Assembly (NCBI RefSeq): GCF_036321535.1
Contig: NC_087437.1
Coordinates: 16,308,001-16,372,000 of the forward strand
Origin: Camelus dromedarius
Taxonomy: Eukaryota
Reading direction: 5' to 3'
Length of the DNA stretch: 64,000 nucleotides
Shown here: positions 23,465 through 37,005 of the stretch, piece by piece
How the letters are laid out: each line of letters starts with the position of its first letter
Numbering within the stretch: the first letter of the stretch is position 1
The notes under the pieces: generated by a model
What the model saw: the letters and a program-made list of their open reading frames with translations, nothing else
Told to the model about the DNA's origin: nothing
The model's database searches: none
Made by a program: the position numbers and the translations under genes

Positions 23465-24960
23465 TTTTAATCAGCTTTATTAAAGTATCCTTTACAACCC
23501 ATAAAATTCATGAATTTTAAGTGCACGAGATAGTCAACTTTAGCAAATGTATAGAGTCACATAAACATCATCACAATCACAATATAGTATATCTGCATCA
23601 CCCCCTCAATAGTCACCTTCCCTTGCCCCCAGCCCCTGCCAGCCTCTGATCTGCTTTCTGTCACCATAATTTTGTTTTTCCTATAGTCTTCTACAAGTTG
23701 GACCACACATTTTATATCTTTTTCTTGTGTCTGGTTTCTGGAATCTTTTTGAGATTCATTCAAGCTGTTATTGCTTGTCCATTTCTATTGCTGAATAGAA
23801 TTCCATTATATGGCTAGGTGTTAAGACATTTAGGTCGTCTATTCAGATAAAAGAGTTTAAAAGGATACGTGTTTTCATTTCTTTTGGATAAATACCTAGA
23901 AATGGGATTGCTGGGTTATACTGTGAATGTTTGTTTAATTTCATAAGGAATTGCCAAACTGTTTTCCAAACTGACCGTATTATTTTGCAACCCCCCCAGC
24001 AACGCATGAGAGTTCCAGTTGCCCCATATCCTCATCAATCCTTGGTAGGGTCAGTCCCCTTCATTTTAGCAGTTCTCATAGGTGTGCAGTGACAACTCAC
24101 TGTGGTTTTAATTTTCAGTTGCTAATTATGTTTAACATGCTTTTCATGTGCTTTTTTGGTGAAATATCTGTTCATATATTTTGCCCATTCTTAAATTAGG
24201 TTGTTTGTCTTCTTATTATTGAACGGTGAGAGTTTTTTCTATATTCTAGATATATGTACTTTATCAGATATCAAGTACCAGTTTGACAAGTACTTTCTCC
24301 TGTCTCATGGCTTGCCTATTCATTTTCTTAACATCAAATTTCAAGGAAAAAAAATGTTTCTAATGTTCAGGAAATCCAATCAAATTTTGATTCATGCTTT
24401 TTATGCCATAACGTAACCCCAGACTTTTTCTCTTTTTTTCTTCTAAAATTTTTGTGGTTTTAGCTCTTACATTCAGGTCTCTGGTGCATCTTGAATTAAT
24501 GTTCATATATTGTATGAGTTAAGCGTCAAGATGTATTGTTTTGCACATGGATATCCAGTTGTTCCAAGACTATTTATTTAAAGAGACTATCCTTTCTCTA
24601 TTGAATTACCTTGGCACCTTTGTTGACAACTGACTATAGATGTGTGGGATTCGTTCTTGACTATCTTATGTTTCACTGATCTGTATATTTATCCTTATAT
24701 AATATCCCACTGTCTTGATTACTGTAGCTTTATAGCAAGCTTTGAAATCAAATAATGTAAGTCTTTCAAGTGTGTTCCCTTTCAAAGCATTTTGATTATT
24801 TTAGGTCCTTTGTCTTTACACAAAATTTTAGGATCAGCTTGTCAATTTCAACAAAAAAAGCCTGCTGGCATTTTGACTGGGATTGTGTTGAATCAATAGG
24901 TCAACTGGGGGATAATTGACATCATAACAATATTATGTCCTTTGGTGCATGAATACGATT
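23465..24960 (-). mobile_element. Old L1M(B/C)-type LINE, ORF2 3' part + 3' UTR
   Basis: GGATAAATACCTAGAAATGGGATTGCTGGG...GCCAAACTGTTTTCCAAA...GTCTTGATTACTGTAGCTTTATAG. Confidence 0.85.
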
Positions 24961-26329
24961 ATTATTGTATTTTTAATGACTTCATAACAGAGGTGGTATA
25001 TAACTTACTTAACCATTCCCTTTTGTTGGATCTTTGTATTGTTTTCAAGTTTTTGCTCTTTTAATAATGCTGTGTTGATACTGTGTTAAGTAAAAGAAGC
25101 AGGGTTCAAAACTACATGAAGGTCATAATTATAAATACAAACATATATGCATATACATATATACACATGCATATATTAAATAAGTGCATGGATAAAATAT
25201 AAAGAAAAAAATAGAAAGCAACCTATTAGGGGATACATCATAACTGATATAGGAGGATACAGGAGACTGTAATTGCACAGAGCATTCCAGGAGACACAGA
25301 GAAGGAATAAGGGAAGAGGAGGAGGAGTGGAACCTGATTGGGAGATGTATAAAATAGTCCAGAGATGAGATCATAGGAGATTATGGGTGCCCTGGGTAGG
25401 CTTGATTTTCACTAGTGACTGCTGTAACCAGAGATGTGTGGAATGATGGAAAATATGGGAATGGTACTAATAGTTCTTGGAGGAGGGTGTATAACAACAA
25501 ATTTTGCTATGATCACAAATGTATCCTTGGTAGTATACAGTCATATAGGATGGAAGGCCCCCAGGACCTGGCCTAATTCACTGTGTATCTGGGAGACAGA
25601 CTCTGAGTGATTCCTTGATGCTACTAATGCTCACAAGGAGAGACTAAATGAAGTGGGATTCCTCAGCTATTCATGGCGTAGAGGACAGGGATATGTATAA
25701 AATGGAAGTGGGATAGAATGAGAGAATCCTGTACCTGAAGGAGGTAGAAAGGACAGTTCCATAGAAGTAGAAGGAGATGGGAATAGGAAGTAGACTCTGT
25801 GGCAGTGAAGGTGGGGATGTAATTCCCATGTGTGAACATAGGTTCATTAGCAGGTGAGTTTCCAGGGAATTGGTTATTCATTCTCAAAAGAGTTAATGTG
25901 CCCAGTGTCGAGGCCGAAGGATAGCTAACATCCCTCATTGTGATGGACAGCACAAAATGCTATTTTGTGTACTAGTGCTAGTTTATGTCACAGTTTAGGG
26001 TCTACCAAAGAGAAAAAGCCCTATAAACAATGCATTTTTCCATGAGACCTCTAAAATATTCTGCCTAGCATTAAAGGCAAATGAGAATAGATGAGCCCCT
26101 CAAAGCATGAAGTCAAGTTTTAAAACATTTTTACCCATTATGAGAGAGAGGTGATCTGCCCTTAACTACTGGGCAGAAGAAAATGGAATCTTCTGTGGAG
26201 GAAAATAACAACAAACAGAATCGCTACATTTTTTCATTTGTAAATTAGAGCAGTGTTTTTCATACATTGTCTAGCATTCAACAAAATACAACCACACATG
26301 ACAAGAGTTGGATGAAATTACCAAAACCA

Positions 26330-28770
26330 AGAGAAACAAACAAACAAACCTACAGATGTACACTTTTAAATTATCAGATTCAGATTTTAAAATAATCCTT
26401 GATGTTAATATGATCAAGAAAATAGATGTAAAAAGGGGAATTTTACCAGAATCTATAGAAAGGAATCAAAGGAAATTTTACAACTGACAAATACAGTGAC
26501 TTAAATTAAGAATTAAATGTTTGGCCTTGACAGCAGATTAGATGCCACAGAAGAAAGAAATAATGATTTGGAACAATAAAAATATACAAACTGAAACAGA
26601 GAGAAAAAAGAATGGTACATACAAAAAAGAGTATGTGAGATATACAGGACAAGTTAAAAAGGCATAATATGTGTATAATTGAGACCCCAAAAGAGAGAGA
26701 ATGAGATTGAAGCAATATTTGAAGAGAAAATGGCCGAGACTGGTTAAAAGACATCAATTCATTGACTTAAGAATCTCTATAAACCTCACACAGGTTAAAC
26801 ATACATGAAAGCATGCTTATACACAAAATAGGAAAATTGCTTTAAACCAAAGTGAAAAGAAAATTTGGAAAATCAATTAGAAGAAAATGATCCAATAAAA
26901 CTGGAAGGTTATTTTCAAAAGAAATGATGAAAGAGGAAGACTATGAAATGTCATCTTTCAGTGAAGAAAGAAATTAAGTTCCAACCCAGAATTATATACA
27001 AAATAAATATGACTTTCAAAAAAGAAACAAAATAATCATTTAAGGGAGGCAAAAATTCAGTAAATTTGTCATCAAGAGGTTCACATTAAAAGAAATAAAT
27101 ACTAAAGAAAGTTCTACAGGGGAAGGAAAATTATCTCATATAGAAACAGGTAAAGTAGAGAAGAATGACGATTCAAAAGAATAAATATGTAGGCAAGGCA
27201 AAATGAATATTGACTTGAAAAAAGTACATTTTGGGTGAGTTTAATATAAAAGAACAATTTAAATACATTTTTGTGGAAATTGACAAGTTGAATCTAAAAT
27301 GTATATAGAAATGCAAAGAACCAGAAATAGCCCAAACAAAAATGTTGGAGTCCTTCCACCACTAGCTAGAAAGATTTTCATAAAGCTAGCATGTTTAAGA
27401 CAGCATGGAATGGTACCAGTATACACAAACGGATCAATGGTACAAAATAGAGTCTAGAAATAGATTCATTCATATTTAGTCACCTAATTTATGACAAAGG
27501 TGTGACTATTGTTTCTGTGGGGAAATTGTGATCTTTTAAATTAGTGTCACCAGGTGAACTGGATGGAAAAATTCACATCATTTACAAAAAAAAATCAGTT
27601 CCAAATGAATCATGGGCCTAAATCTGAAAGGCAAAACAATAAAGAAAGCTTCTAGAGAAGAAAGCATAGGAAAGCATATTTATAACCTTGAGGTAAGCAA
27701 ATACTTCCTAAACAAGACACACAAAAAAAACACTAACCATAAATGAAAAATAAATAAATTTGACCTCATTAAAATTAAATACTTCTGTTCATCTAAAGGC
27801 ACACTTAAATAAATAAATAATAATCTTTAAATAAGTAATAAATAAATAAGTGCATGCTTTGCAGTGTGAAAAGCAAGCCCTAGAGTAAGAGAAGATATTT
27901 TCAATACACTTATCTGATCTTTGTAATATATCACATATATACAGTATACATGTAATTATATCACATACATGATATCTGTAACTATATGGTTTCTATCCGA
28001 TATCTATTACTATAACTTACAAAACACAGTTATCCTTCTGTATCTCGAAGAGATTGGTTCCAGGACCCACCAGGGATACCAAAATTGGCAGATTCTCAAG
28101 TCCCACAATCATCCCTCCATACCAACAGTTTCCACATTCACAAATAACAACCAACTGTAGATCATAAACATAATATCACACACACCACATTTGGCTGAAT
28201 CTGCAGATGTGGAACCCATGACTACGAATAGCTGACTGTAATTTTTTTTTTTAAGTCAGGCAACCCAGCAAAAAGTAACCACAAACTTGAACAGGATGGT
28301 TAGTATCCAAGTGGTTAACAAACATGGAAAGTTGTTCAGCATTAGTAGTGGGTAGGAAAATGCAAATTGAGATCATGAGGAGCTACTACCATATTCCTAC
28401 TGAAATGTCTAAAATGACAAGGACTGACAATGCCAAGTGTTGACAAGGATGTGGAGCAACTGAAACTCTCACAAACTACTGTTGGAAGTATAAATTGATA
28501 CAACCATTTCGCAGAAATATTTGTCAGTATCACTAAAGCTGAATATACGTATGCCAGTAATGTCACTTCTATGACAGAAATGGATATGTATATTCAATAA
28601 ATGGGGAAGAGCACAAGAGAAGATTTTAGAGTGCAGGTATTGTTTATTTTTATCATGGTGGAAGATATGTGTGTGTTCACTTTATAAAAATTGACCAGCT
28701 GTATTCTTATGGTTTTTCCCTACTATACTTTTGTAAGTTATACTTCAAAAAAGTTTTACTTAGAAAGAAA
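26330..28770 (+). mobile_element. Old L1 remnant (ORF1-like part, deleted ORF2, 3' end)
   Basis: ORF1-like A-rich 26.4-27.2k; ORF2 motifs GTGGAAATTGACAAGTTGAATCTAAAAT, TTTATGACAAAGG, GGAAAATGCAAATTGAGATCATGAGG. Confidence 0.8.
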
Positions 28771-28955
28771 GAACTAGCACCCTAAACCTTATACTTATCA
28801 AAAACAACAAAACAAAACAAAAAATTACTCATTTGTGAAATTCAGATGGCTAGGAGCTAGAGAGATAACACAAAACAGACTCATTCATAGTTAGTCACTT
28901 GATTTATGACAAAGGTGTAACTGGTTTCTGTATGGGAAGTCATGGTCTTTTCAAC
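27458..28955 (+). repeat. Dispersed direct repeat ~80 bp (27458-27540 / 28873-28955)
   Basis: First 50 nt align ungapped with 6 mismatches. Confidence 0.7.
28027..28238. mobile_element. MER2-like Tigger (TcMar) non-autonomous element
   Basis: CAGTTATCCTTCTGTATC...GATTGGTTCCAGGACCC...GGAACCCATG...GCTGACTG followed by TA. Confidence 0.75.
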
Positions 28956-29849
28956 TGAAATAGCAAGGCTGGGGTGAAATGCACAGGACAAAATTTGGGG
29001 CCAGAGATTTTCTCAGGTCTTGTCTAACCTCCAGATGTTATGATTCGCCAAAAGCTCAATGTAAAACCCTCTGCTGGAACAAAAGATGAGAGTTGTCGAG
29101 GGAAAGGGCCATCCAACTGGATAGTAGATGGTGACAATTGCTGTCATGTTGCCAAAAGGTCTGTGATTCCCTACTGCCTTCTCAGTCACTGGCTACAGTG
29201 TCTTCACCACCAGGCTCTTGGTTAAAACCTCCAGAAAGCTCATCATCTCTGTTTGCCAGTAGGATAATTGGCAAGTCTGAATTCTGTCTGGAATATGCCC
29301 AGAACTGTGGCTGAGAATGGCAATATTTCTATGAATAATGAAAGCATTATGTGAATTCCAAAGAGAAAATGCAGACCAAGAATGGGCTCCCTTATCACCA
29401 GAGCAGTTGCAAATCAGCAGATCTATACCTACTACATGGCATCTTCATGAGAAGTCTTCCTTCTAAAATTGACTCCCCCAAAGAGTCAAGGCAGTTGGCC
29501 GAAAATGGATTCCTCAGTTTAACAGATGCTGGAGCCTGGGACTTCAGCATGAGACTGATGCATCATCATTATGGAGCTACCTCCAGGGAAGCCAGGTCCA
29601 GAGCAGTAGGATGCCATAGCGACAGAGCAGCATACAAAGTACATGCCGTAGGAGCATAAGTTCTCACTTCTCTGGGCAAGGGTCTCCTTCAGTAGACTCA
29701 CCTGGGAAGATCCCTTCAAGGTACAGCCATGAAACCTGCAAAACCTATGCTATTGCTCCATGGACACAACTGGGTGCTTTCTAGGCTGGTTGTGCAGGGA
29801 TTTCCATAAGAAATTATCTATACTCTCAATACCCACTGTCTCGCTTTCC

Positions 29850-30270
29850 CCCATCTGGGTCTTTGTTACTATCATTCTTTCCTCCTGAAATGTTCTCCTC
29901 CTACTTTCTTCCAAGCTATTAAAACCTCATCCCCCACTTGCCAGCCCAAGGGAAACTCCAAATCAATCCAAAGCTTCCCTCAGTCTTCATCTGACCAAAT
30001 CATGTCACTACACTGTTTAAAAATCCTTCAGTGGCTCTTGGCTGCCTTCAGAATTCAGCCCAAGCTCTCCTGAGCCCTCATAGCACAGTTTATTCTCTAA
30101 GGCAGTGTTAACCTTGATGACTTTTCATCATAGCTACTGCTTGTGCACAGTCTTCCTCGCCTATGGCCTTGACTCCATGAGGACAGAAGCCTCTCTGATT
30201 CCCTTTTCCTCTCTACTTGGCCTTGCGTGGGGCTTGGCACACAGGAGAAAATATTGATCAACTAAATGAA
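29850..30270 (+). mobile_element. L2 fragments
   Basis: CATGTCACTACACTGTTTAAAAATCCTTCAGTGGCTC...CTCCATGAGGACAG...TGGCACACAGG. Confidence 0.6.
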
Positions 30271-30829
30271 CAAAAGGCAATCGAAGTTAAATGCAACCAA
30301 ATAGAAAACTGCAGGGGACATAGTGGATTCATTCCAGATTCTATCTGAGCAGGAGTAACCAGAAACCAATATCAGCTTCTCCTAGAACCATAACTCTCCA
30401 GAATCTCCAAGTTAGAAAAGGACCCCAAAGATCATTGCTTTTAGACTTACCCTTTGTTGTTCCTTAAGACTGGAACCCACATCTTCCTTGGCATGGACGG
30501 AGGCATGGCAGAAATACCATGACCAAGGAATACAGGTCTTCAGGGTTGGGAGTGTGGAGCGAGTCTTTCTCCCCTGGGTGGGTAGGTAGGGGTTTCATTT
30601 CTTAGCTCTCAGATTTGGATAAAGAAATAGTATTCAATTATTCAACATGAGCAAGTTGAGTATACCGGCATTGTACAAAGCAATGTCAGTACATGGTGAA
30701 TAGATGTGTCACCTTTCTGAAGTATGGTATGGACTGGTGGAGAAACAGACACAGTCTTGTGCCTCAATAAATCTTTGTTAGTAATCAAAATCTGTGAATA
30801 AAATTCCATGGTAACAGACAAGGACTCTA

Positions 30830-31870
30830 CCAATACTGCCTAATGAGTCTAGAAGGGGAGACTGACATGCACACAGACAAGTACAAGGTGATATGCTAGA
30901 TGCTACGATAGTAATGTGTGCATAAAACTGTGGACCTCTGGGGCGACAGCATGGCCAAGTCTACCTGGAGGGTGAAGGGAGATAATGGCTGAGCTTGATC
31001 CTGTGGGATCAGGAGGTAGGATCAGATGGAGGGAGTAACATTTGCTCAAGTATGAAAGAGTGAAGGGTCATAGATGAAGAAAAACAAGGATTCGGTTAGT
31101 CTGGGGTATAGAGTACAGGATGAAATTTGGGAGAAATAGGGCAAAATATGGACGTTGTTGCCAAACTGGCTTTGAAAACTGTGGCAAATTTGGACTTGAT
31201 CCAGAAAGCAGTAGGCTGGCTTCAAAGTATTTGAACTGATTCTAAAGAGATCAGTGGAAGATCACCCAACCTCAGAGTGGGAGGTGAACTGAAGTCAGAT
31301 GGTTACAGAGGCAGGAGAGCTGGTTCGAGGTGAAGCTCTGGGCTGGGTGGAAGGCAGTGAGGGGCCTGCACTGGGTCTGTACTGAAGAAACTGTAGACTG
31401 TATTAACAGACACATATCACTATATATAAAATAGATAAACAACAAGGACCTACTGCATTGCACAGTGAACTATATTCAATTTCTTGTAATAACATATAAT
31501 GGAAAAGAATCTGAAAAGAAAAAATATGTATGTATATGTATAACTGAATCACTTTGCTATACAACTGAAACTAACATTGTAAATCAACTACACTTCAATA
31601 AAAATTAAAAAAAAAAAAAAAAGAAATACAGGCAAAGAAGACTTGACAGGAGTCCATGACCTCTTTGTACGCAGATGGAGAAGAGGAAATCAGAATGACT
31701 GAAAGTTTGTGCCTTGAATAACAAGTTAAATAGTGATTTCACTCACAGACATGGGGAAAACAAAAGAGAAGACTGACATGAGGGAGACAATGAGTTCAGT
31801 TTTGAACTTGATGGGTGTGAGGTGCTGTTCCGCCATATGACTGGGGATGGACTTTGTAGCCATCAGTGTA
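30830..31870 (-). mobile_element. L2 LINE fragment
   Basis: GGACTTGATCCAGAAAGCAGTAGG...GAGTTCAGTTTTGAACTTG purine-rich antisense L2. Confidence 0.65.
31400..31625 (+). mobile_element. Short L1 3' end with poly(A), nested in L2
   Basis: CTATATATAAAATAGATAAACAACAAGGACCTACTG...CACTTCAATAAAAATT(A)n; closely similar to the 3' end of 48333-49060. Confidence 0.9.
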
Positions 31871-32069
31871 TAGATGACTGGCCTGAGATCACCATCTCCC
31901 TGTACTCCCTGCCTCATCCCACCCCCATCCCACTCTTAATTCCCAGCCCACTTTTCCAATGTAGATGCTGAGCTGTCTTATTAACTCATCTTGGAACCAT
32001 CAAGGCATGCAGGGAACATGCGACCCTTCCTTTCCCCTTCCTCTAACCTTTACTCTCCTCAGTCTCACT

Positions 32070-32535
32070 TTGGTGGGCAGAATAATAGACTCTCAAAGAT
32101 ATCCTAATCCTGGCACCTGAGCTGGACATGTTACCTTCTGTAGCAAAAGGGACTCAGCAATGTGATTAAAGTTAAGAACCTGGAGATGGCAGAATATCCT
32201 AGATTATCCAAATGAGTCCAATCACAAAATTCCTTAAAAGCATAGACCCTTTCCAGGCTACAGAGAACCAGAGCAATGGCAGTATGAAGAGGACTTAGCT
32301 GGCTTGACAGATTAAGGAGGGGCCATGAGGCAAAGAATGCAGACATCTTCTAGAAGCTGGGAAGGGCCAGGAAACAGACTGTTTTCTAGAACTCCCAGAA
32401 AAGACCACAGCCTTCCTGATACCTTGATTTTAGCCCAGTGAGACCACATGAGATTTCTGACCTACAGAACTGTAAGACAATAAACTAGTTTTAAGCCACC
32501 AAGGTTGTGATCATTTGTTATAGCAGCAGTACTCA
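32070..32535 (+). mobile_element. MLT1(D-like) MaLR LTR
   Basis: TGGTGGGCAGAATAAT...GTGATTAAAGTTAAG...TTCTGACCTACAGAACTGTAAG...TTTGTTATAGCAGCA. Confidence 0.82.
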
Positions 32536-33178
32536 AAAAAAAAAAAAAACTTACTTCTTTTCAGGACATTCTCTAAATTTAAGTCTTTATTGGAAGCAAT
32601 TGATAGCTTTTCAAAGAGTCTATAGGAAGGAGAGACCCAGGGTCCCCTTTTAATATCAACAGTTCTGGGATTCCTGTGGGCCAAGGACTCTATAATAAAA
32701 GCCATTCATGTCATGGAACTAGATGAGATAAATTAGTGAGACGGTAAGGACTAAGGTGAGAGGGAAACCTGGGGAAAGAGACAAGTCTGTAAGTGAGATG
32801 GGGGATGGAGGAGAGAAAAAGAGAACAAAGTTGGCACAACATCAGCAAAACCAAGAGAAGACAGCCTTTAAGAGGTAAGGTGTTGGTCAGAAACATTAAA
32901 TGCTACAGAGAGGAGAAAATTGAATTTGACAACAAGCAGGTCATTAGCAGTCTTCAAAGGAAGCATTTCAGTGAAAAGATAGGGCAAAAGCTAGAATGCT
33001 GATGGTTGGAGAGAGACTAGAGAAAGAATTAAGAAGGAAATAAGCTGTGAGCAGCCCCTTAGAAAAGACTATGCATTATTCAGCTTTATATCCGTAGTAC
33101 TCAGCACAATGCCTGGAACACAGTGGGTGCTCATTAAATGTGGACTTGAGCGAAGTACTGGAGTCAGTGGGTATAAAC

Positions 33179-33330
33179 CAGCACTTCTCAAACTTTACTG
33201 TGCATGCAAATCACCTGGGGATTCTGATTTTTTAGGTCTGGGGTGAGACGTGAGATCTTGCATTTCTAATAGGTTCCCAGACGATCCAGTGATGGTACTG
33301 ATCCGTGGACCTCACTTTGAGTAGCAAGGA
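33179..33330. mobile_element. MER5-like hAT relic
   Basis: CAGCACTTCTCAAACTTT...TCACCTGGGG...CACTTTGAGTAGCAAGG. Confidence 0.7.
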
Positions 33331-33718
33331 TGTGTATCACCTCAACCAATCAACCAGCATCATGGCTTCTCTTGGTTCTTGGGTAACATTATGACCCCAG
33401 AGATTAGTATAACTTCTGAAACTGTACGATTTGCTGACTTCATGGTACACATCTGCACAGTGGGGCCAAACCAGACACCAAACCAGGCCCAGCACCTGGG
33501 GGTAGACATTGATAAAAGGCTTTGTACCCCAAATACTCTCCACATTGCATTTTTCACAGTTGCCTCTCAGCATCACCATCAGTCCCTCCATCACCAATGT
33601 AACTATTCATATCCCACCACCGACAAAGGGTGAGCCTTTGTTATTAGTCTTGGGAAGGGCTGTTCTCATCCACTGACCTCAGGAATTCCAAATGTTTGGA
33701 TTTAAAAATAGCCATCTG

Positions 33719-33750
33719 AAGGGATAAAGTAGATATGATATGTGTGTGTG

Positions 33751-33785
<35 letters not shown>

Positions 33786-34339
33786 ATACACATATATATA
33801 TACACACACACTATGTATGTTATATATGTCTATATATAATGGAATATTACTTAGCCATAAAAAGAATGAGATATGGACATTTGCAGCAACATGGATGAAC
33901 CTCAAGATTATCATACTAAGTGAAGAAAGTCAGACAGAGAAAGACAAATATTATACGATATCACTTATATGTGGAATCTAAAAAATAATACAAATGAATT
34001 TATTTACAAAACAGAAACAGACCACAGACATAGAAAACAAATTTATGGTTAGTAAAGGAGAAAGAAAGGGAGGGATAAATTAGGAGTATGGGAGTAAGAG
34101 ATGCACACCACTGTATATAAAATAAATAGACAACAAGGGTTTATTATATAGCACAGGGAACTATATTCAATATCTCATATTAACCTATAATGGAAAAGAA
34201 TATATTTATTCGATATACATATATATATAACTGAATCACTTTGCTGTACACCTGAAATAAACATAATATAAATCAACTATACTTCAAGTAAAATAAATAA
34301 ATAATAAAATATATATTTTTTTATTTTCAAAATTAAATT
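33719..34339 (+). mobile_element. 5'-truncated L1 containing an expanded (TG)n/(TA)n tract
   Basis: TSD AAAATAG(C/T)CATCTG at 33705-33718 and 34340-34353; ORF2 end FAATWMNL..IILSE.SQ.EKDKY...SLICGI. Confidence 0.9.
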
Positions 34340-34844
34340 AAAATAGTCATCTGGATAAGGACCCTCCCAGCAGAGATATTGCTCAGAGTGGGACATGGCT
34401 CCCAGTGACTCATCCTCTTCCCACAGGGCAGCAGGGGCACCAGGCCACATACATACATCCTACAAAACAAACTTAGGGAAGGTGAGTTATCCCAATCCTA
34501 ACCATCTACCTACATCCTATTCAAAAAGAAAAGCTATTAAACATCTTAATAGAAAATGCCATGCAGGATGTCATTAAATGGCATCATCATGGATACGGAG
34601 ACAGAGGATGTCAAAGGCAGGATTAACCTTTAAAAAAGATATTTTCAAGGGAACCAAAAATGATAATAATTTGGGCAAAACTGGTGAAGTAGGCTTTTCC
34701 CCTTAAAGCGAGTCCCCATTGCAGTTCACCCCAAACACATTTTCTCAGCCCAGTTTTCATGTTGTCCCAACCCACCCGTTTGCAGAATTTGGTCCATGGG
34801 AAAGGAAAATAGACTAACAGCTAAAGGTCAGTAAGCGGTCAGTG

Positions 34845-35345
34845 AATCAGTCTGCTCTCTTTCAGTGAAAGTCACATAAAACTTCATCCACATCGGCTTA
34901 AACAAAAGAGAATTTGTTTGCTGACATCCCTGAAACACCCCTGAAGGAGGCACAATTCAGTGTTCAGTGTCCTGAGTTTGTCTCCCAACTCTGCTGCTGC
35001 TGGGATGACTCCAAGTCCAGGCTGTACGTGGGGTCCCCCAGCAGTTTTAATCTTGTATATCACAATAATTTGCTCATCTGGGGAAGCCCACCTACTCTGG
35101 AGGGGAAACCGGAGTCCTGGGTGGGGGCCCCATTGATCCTGTCTGGCATGACCTGGTTCATCTCTGTAAACTACAGAGGTTGGGGTGGGGAACAACCCTA
35201 CTCTGCTCTAGGGTCAGCGCCTTTGTCAGAAGCTTACGGGCTGAATAGAGGAAAGGATTAAGTCGCCTCAATGCAATCAAAGGTCCCGTTTTCCCCAGGA
35301 AGGGAGAGTGATGCTAAGAGGGAACGCAGCAGACGTCCGCCCTAC
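34845..35345 (-). mobile_element. Old MLT1-type MaLR LTR
   Basis: GGCTTAAACAAAAGAGAATTTGTTTGCTGACAT... degenerate MLT1K/L-like motifs. Confidence 0.5.
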
Positions 35346-36434
35346 TCAGGTTTGTAGACACACTGGGGCCCCCGTTTGCTACAGTGTGGGAAATCCAGAC
35401 TCTTGATGATACACATCAGGGACTCTGACCATCCTGCAGATCATTCTGAACAACACCAATGGATGTATCCCTGTTCTGCTGCTCTGATCACACCTGCTTC
35501 TGGTGACGCATTCTATGCTCTGGGGCAAAACCTGCCTTCTTTCCTTGTGCCCTTTGCAGAGACCTTCACTGAAGGTTGGTCCTGCCTGTTGCTTCACGTA
35601 ACACTTAGACTGAGCTCATTCTGTCTCTCCTGCTTATCTGCTTACCATGGAAAAACTTAGGAGGAGGGCTCATGCCGGGTTCAGAATAAAGGAAACTGAA
35701 TAGGCCAAATCCCTGCCCTTCAGACCAGACTGGAGTCCTGCTTCAAAAAAATCAATGTCTCCATTTCTATTCTTTCTTAGGAGTCAGGCTCCCAGCTTTA
35801 GAGAACAGGGCACTGCCAATTGCTGGTATGACAAAAGAGTGGCTTGAAGGTGTTGTGTTTCCCAGAAGGGGCAGGAGGGAAATTTTCAGTCACTGTCACT
35901 GTTGGGAAGCTTTAAGAGATTTTTACATCACAATATACTCAGATATCTAGGGTGTGCTTCCTACTTCTCAGTGATGCTTGTCTTGGCCAGTCCTTTGACA
36001 ATCCAAAGAAATCAATCAAAGCAGTTTTCCACCTAAATCTATTAACTCACCAAAAATCTAGGCTAACCTAATAAAAATAACACTCATGTATTTATTTAGG
36101 TTATTTATTGAGAGACAGCATAGTTTGGTGGTTCAATAAAAACATGAACGTGAGAGCCAGAAATAACTGATTTCAAGTTCCTGTTCTGTCCCTTACTGCC
36201 TGGATGAGCTTGGGCAGGTTATTTAGCCTCTTTGACCCCCCATTTCCCGTATTTTTGTGAGGATGCCTTGAGATGATCATACTTGTGAAGTACTTAACGC
36301 AGTACATAATGTACAAAAAGTACTCTTGTTAAGGACCTACTATGTGCCAGATACTCTGCTAGGTTCCAGACCACAGGGTTGAATCAGATATAATAACAGA
36401 ATATTAAAATAGGATGAGCTGTTAAAGAACATAT

Positions 36435-37005
36435 ACAATCATCTGTTGATGGACACTTGGGTTGCTTCCATGGCTTGGCTTATTGTAAATAGTGCTGCTG
36501 TGAACACTGGGGTGCATGTGTCTCCTTGAATTAAGGTTACCTCTGGATATATCCCCAGGAGTGGGATTGCTGGGTCATATGGTAAGTTTATTTTTAGTCT
36601 TTTGAGGACTTTCCAAACTGTTTTCCATAATGGCTGCATCAAACTATATTCCCATCAACAGTGTAGGAGGGATCCTGGAATCTAAAAAAAAATGGCACAA
36701 AATGAACTTATTTACCAAACAGACTCACAGACATACATAAAAAACAAACTTATGATTATCAGTGGGGAAGGAGGAGGAGAGAAGGTTAAATTGGGAGTTC
36801 GGGATTTGCAGACACTAACTACTATATATAAAATAGATCAACAGCAAGGTCCTACTGTATAGCACAGGGAACTATATATAATACCTTGTATTAATCTATA
36901 ATGAGAAAGAATATGAAAAGGAATATATATGTTGTATAACTGAATCACTATGCTGTACTCCAGAAATTAACACAACGTTGTAAACCAGCTATACTTCAAT
37001 AAAAG
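36435..37005 (+). mobile_element. Twin-primed L1 (inverted 36435-36675, sense 36676-37005)
   Basis: TSD AAAGAACATAT at 36424-36434 and 37006-37016; inverted part encodes [31 protein letters not shown]. Confidence 0.88.

Noticed and set aside
25230..25960. Purine-rich block, possibly an ERV internal region
   Set aside because: No gag/pol motif recognised in the ORF-track translations over this block.
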